This document shows positions 63,951 through 64,000 of a stretch of 64,000 nucleotides of DNA, piece by piece (the first letter of the stretch is position 1; each line of letters opens with the position of its first letter). The notes under the pieces were generated by a model. The model was not told the DNA's origin. It saw only the letters and a list, made by a program, of their open reading frames with translations, and did no database searches. The DNA is from Bacillota bacterium (GTDB lineage Bacteria; Bacillota; Sulfobacillia; Sulfobacillales; Sulfobacillaceae). The stretch is from contig JAIMBD010000008.1 in the NCBI GenBank assembly GCA_023511625.1, positions 12,969 to 76,968 on the forward strand. Direction: 5' to 3'. The translations under genes were made by a program, and so were the position numbers.

Positions 63951-64000
63951 TCACGCCGTCTCGCCGGCCGGGGGGATTAAGACCACCTTGCCCACGGCGC
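63951..64000 (-). CDS. 3' end of another MDR-type dehydrogenase gene (the rest is outside the window)
   Basis: The minus strand reads ...AVGKVVLIPPAGETA-stop, resembling the GKVVL terminus of the neighbouring gene. Only 16 codons are visible. Confidence 0.3.
   Translation of the reverse strand, partial: AVGKVVLIPPAGETA

Overview
GC-rich (roughly two-thirds G+C by eye) bacterial chromosomal segment with strong GGAGG-type Shine-Dalgarno sites. I found no rRNA, tRNA or CRISPR array. Many long ORFs in the track are antisense or alternate-frame artefacts of the GC bias.

Ordinary content, left to right:
- 0.7-4.2 kb: a minus-strand sulfur-relay cluster (MetE-like, TusA-OsmC fusion, DsrE-like, TusA, CcdA-like membrane protein).
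- 4.8-6.5 kb: an IS200/IS605 element with a dead tnpA and an intact tnpB.
- 8.4-16.3 kb: a LysR-linked aromatic/extradiol-dioxygenase cluster.
- 17.4-22.0 kb: a two-component system, SHOCT protein and CopA copper module.
- 22.8-27.2 kb: sugar and redox enzymes.
- 37-49 kb: miscellaneous housekeeping genes.

Two accessory regions stand out:
1. 29.3-37.0 kb is a heavily decayed integrated plasmid-like region. It carries two hicAB pairs, an integrase remnant, a frameshifted parA, an RHH parG-like gene embedded in 8-bp iteron arrays, a rep gene with an amber stop, and a livF remnant.
2. 49.8-60.7 kb is a defence-island-like region. It carries a SIR2-like gene with an in-frame stop and a DUF4258/DUF2283 toxin-antitoxin cassette bracketed by a degenerate duplication of the neighbouring xdh 3' end.

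The top candidate for a new system lies in that second region at 51724-59500. It is a tightly translationally coupled six-gene operon joining a McrB-type AAA+ protein and a PD-(D/E)xK nuclease to a dedicated Hsp70-like ATPase and a large protein with a GrpE-like C-terminal domain.

All family assignments come from motif recognition by eye. No database search was possible.
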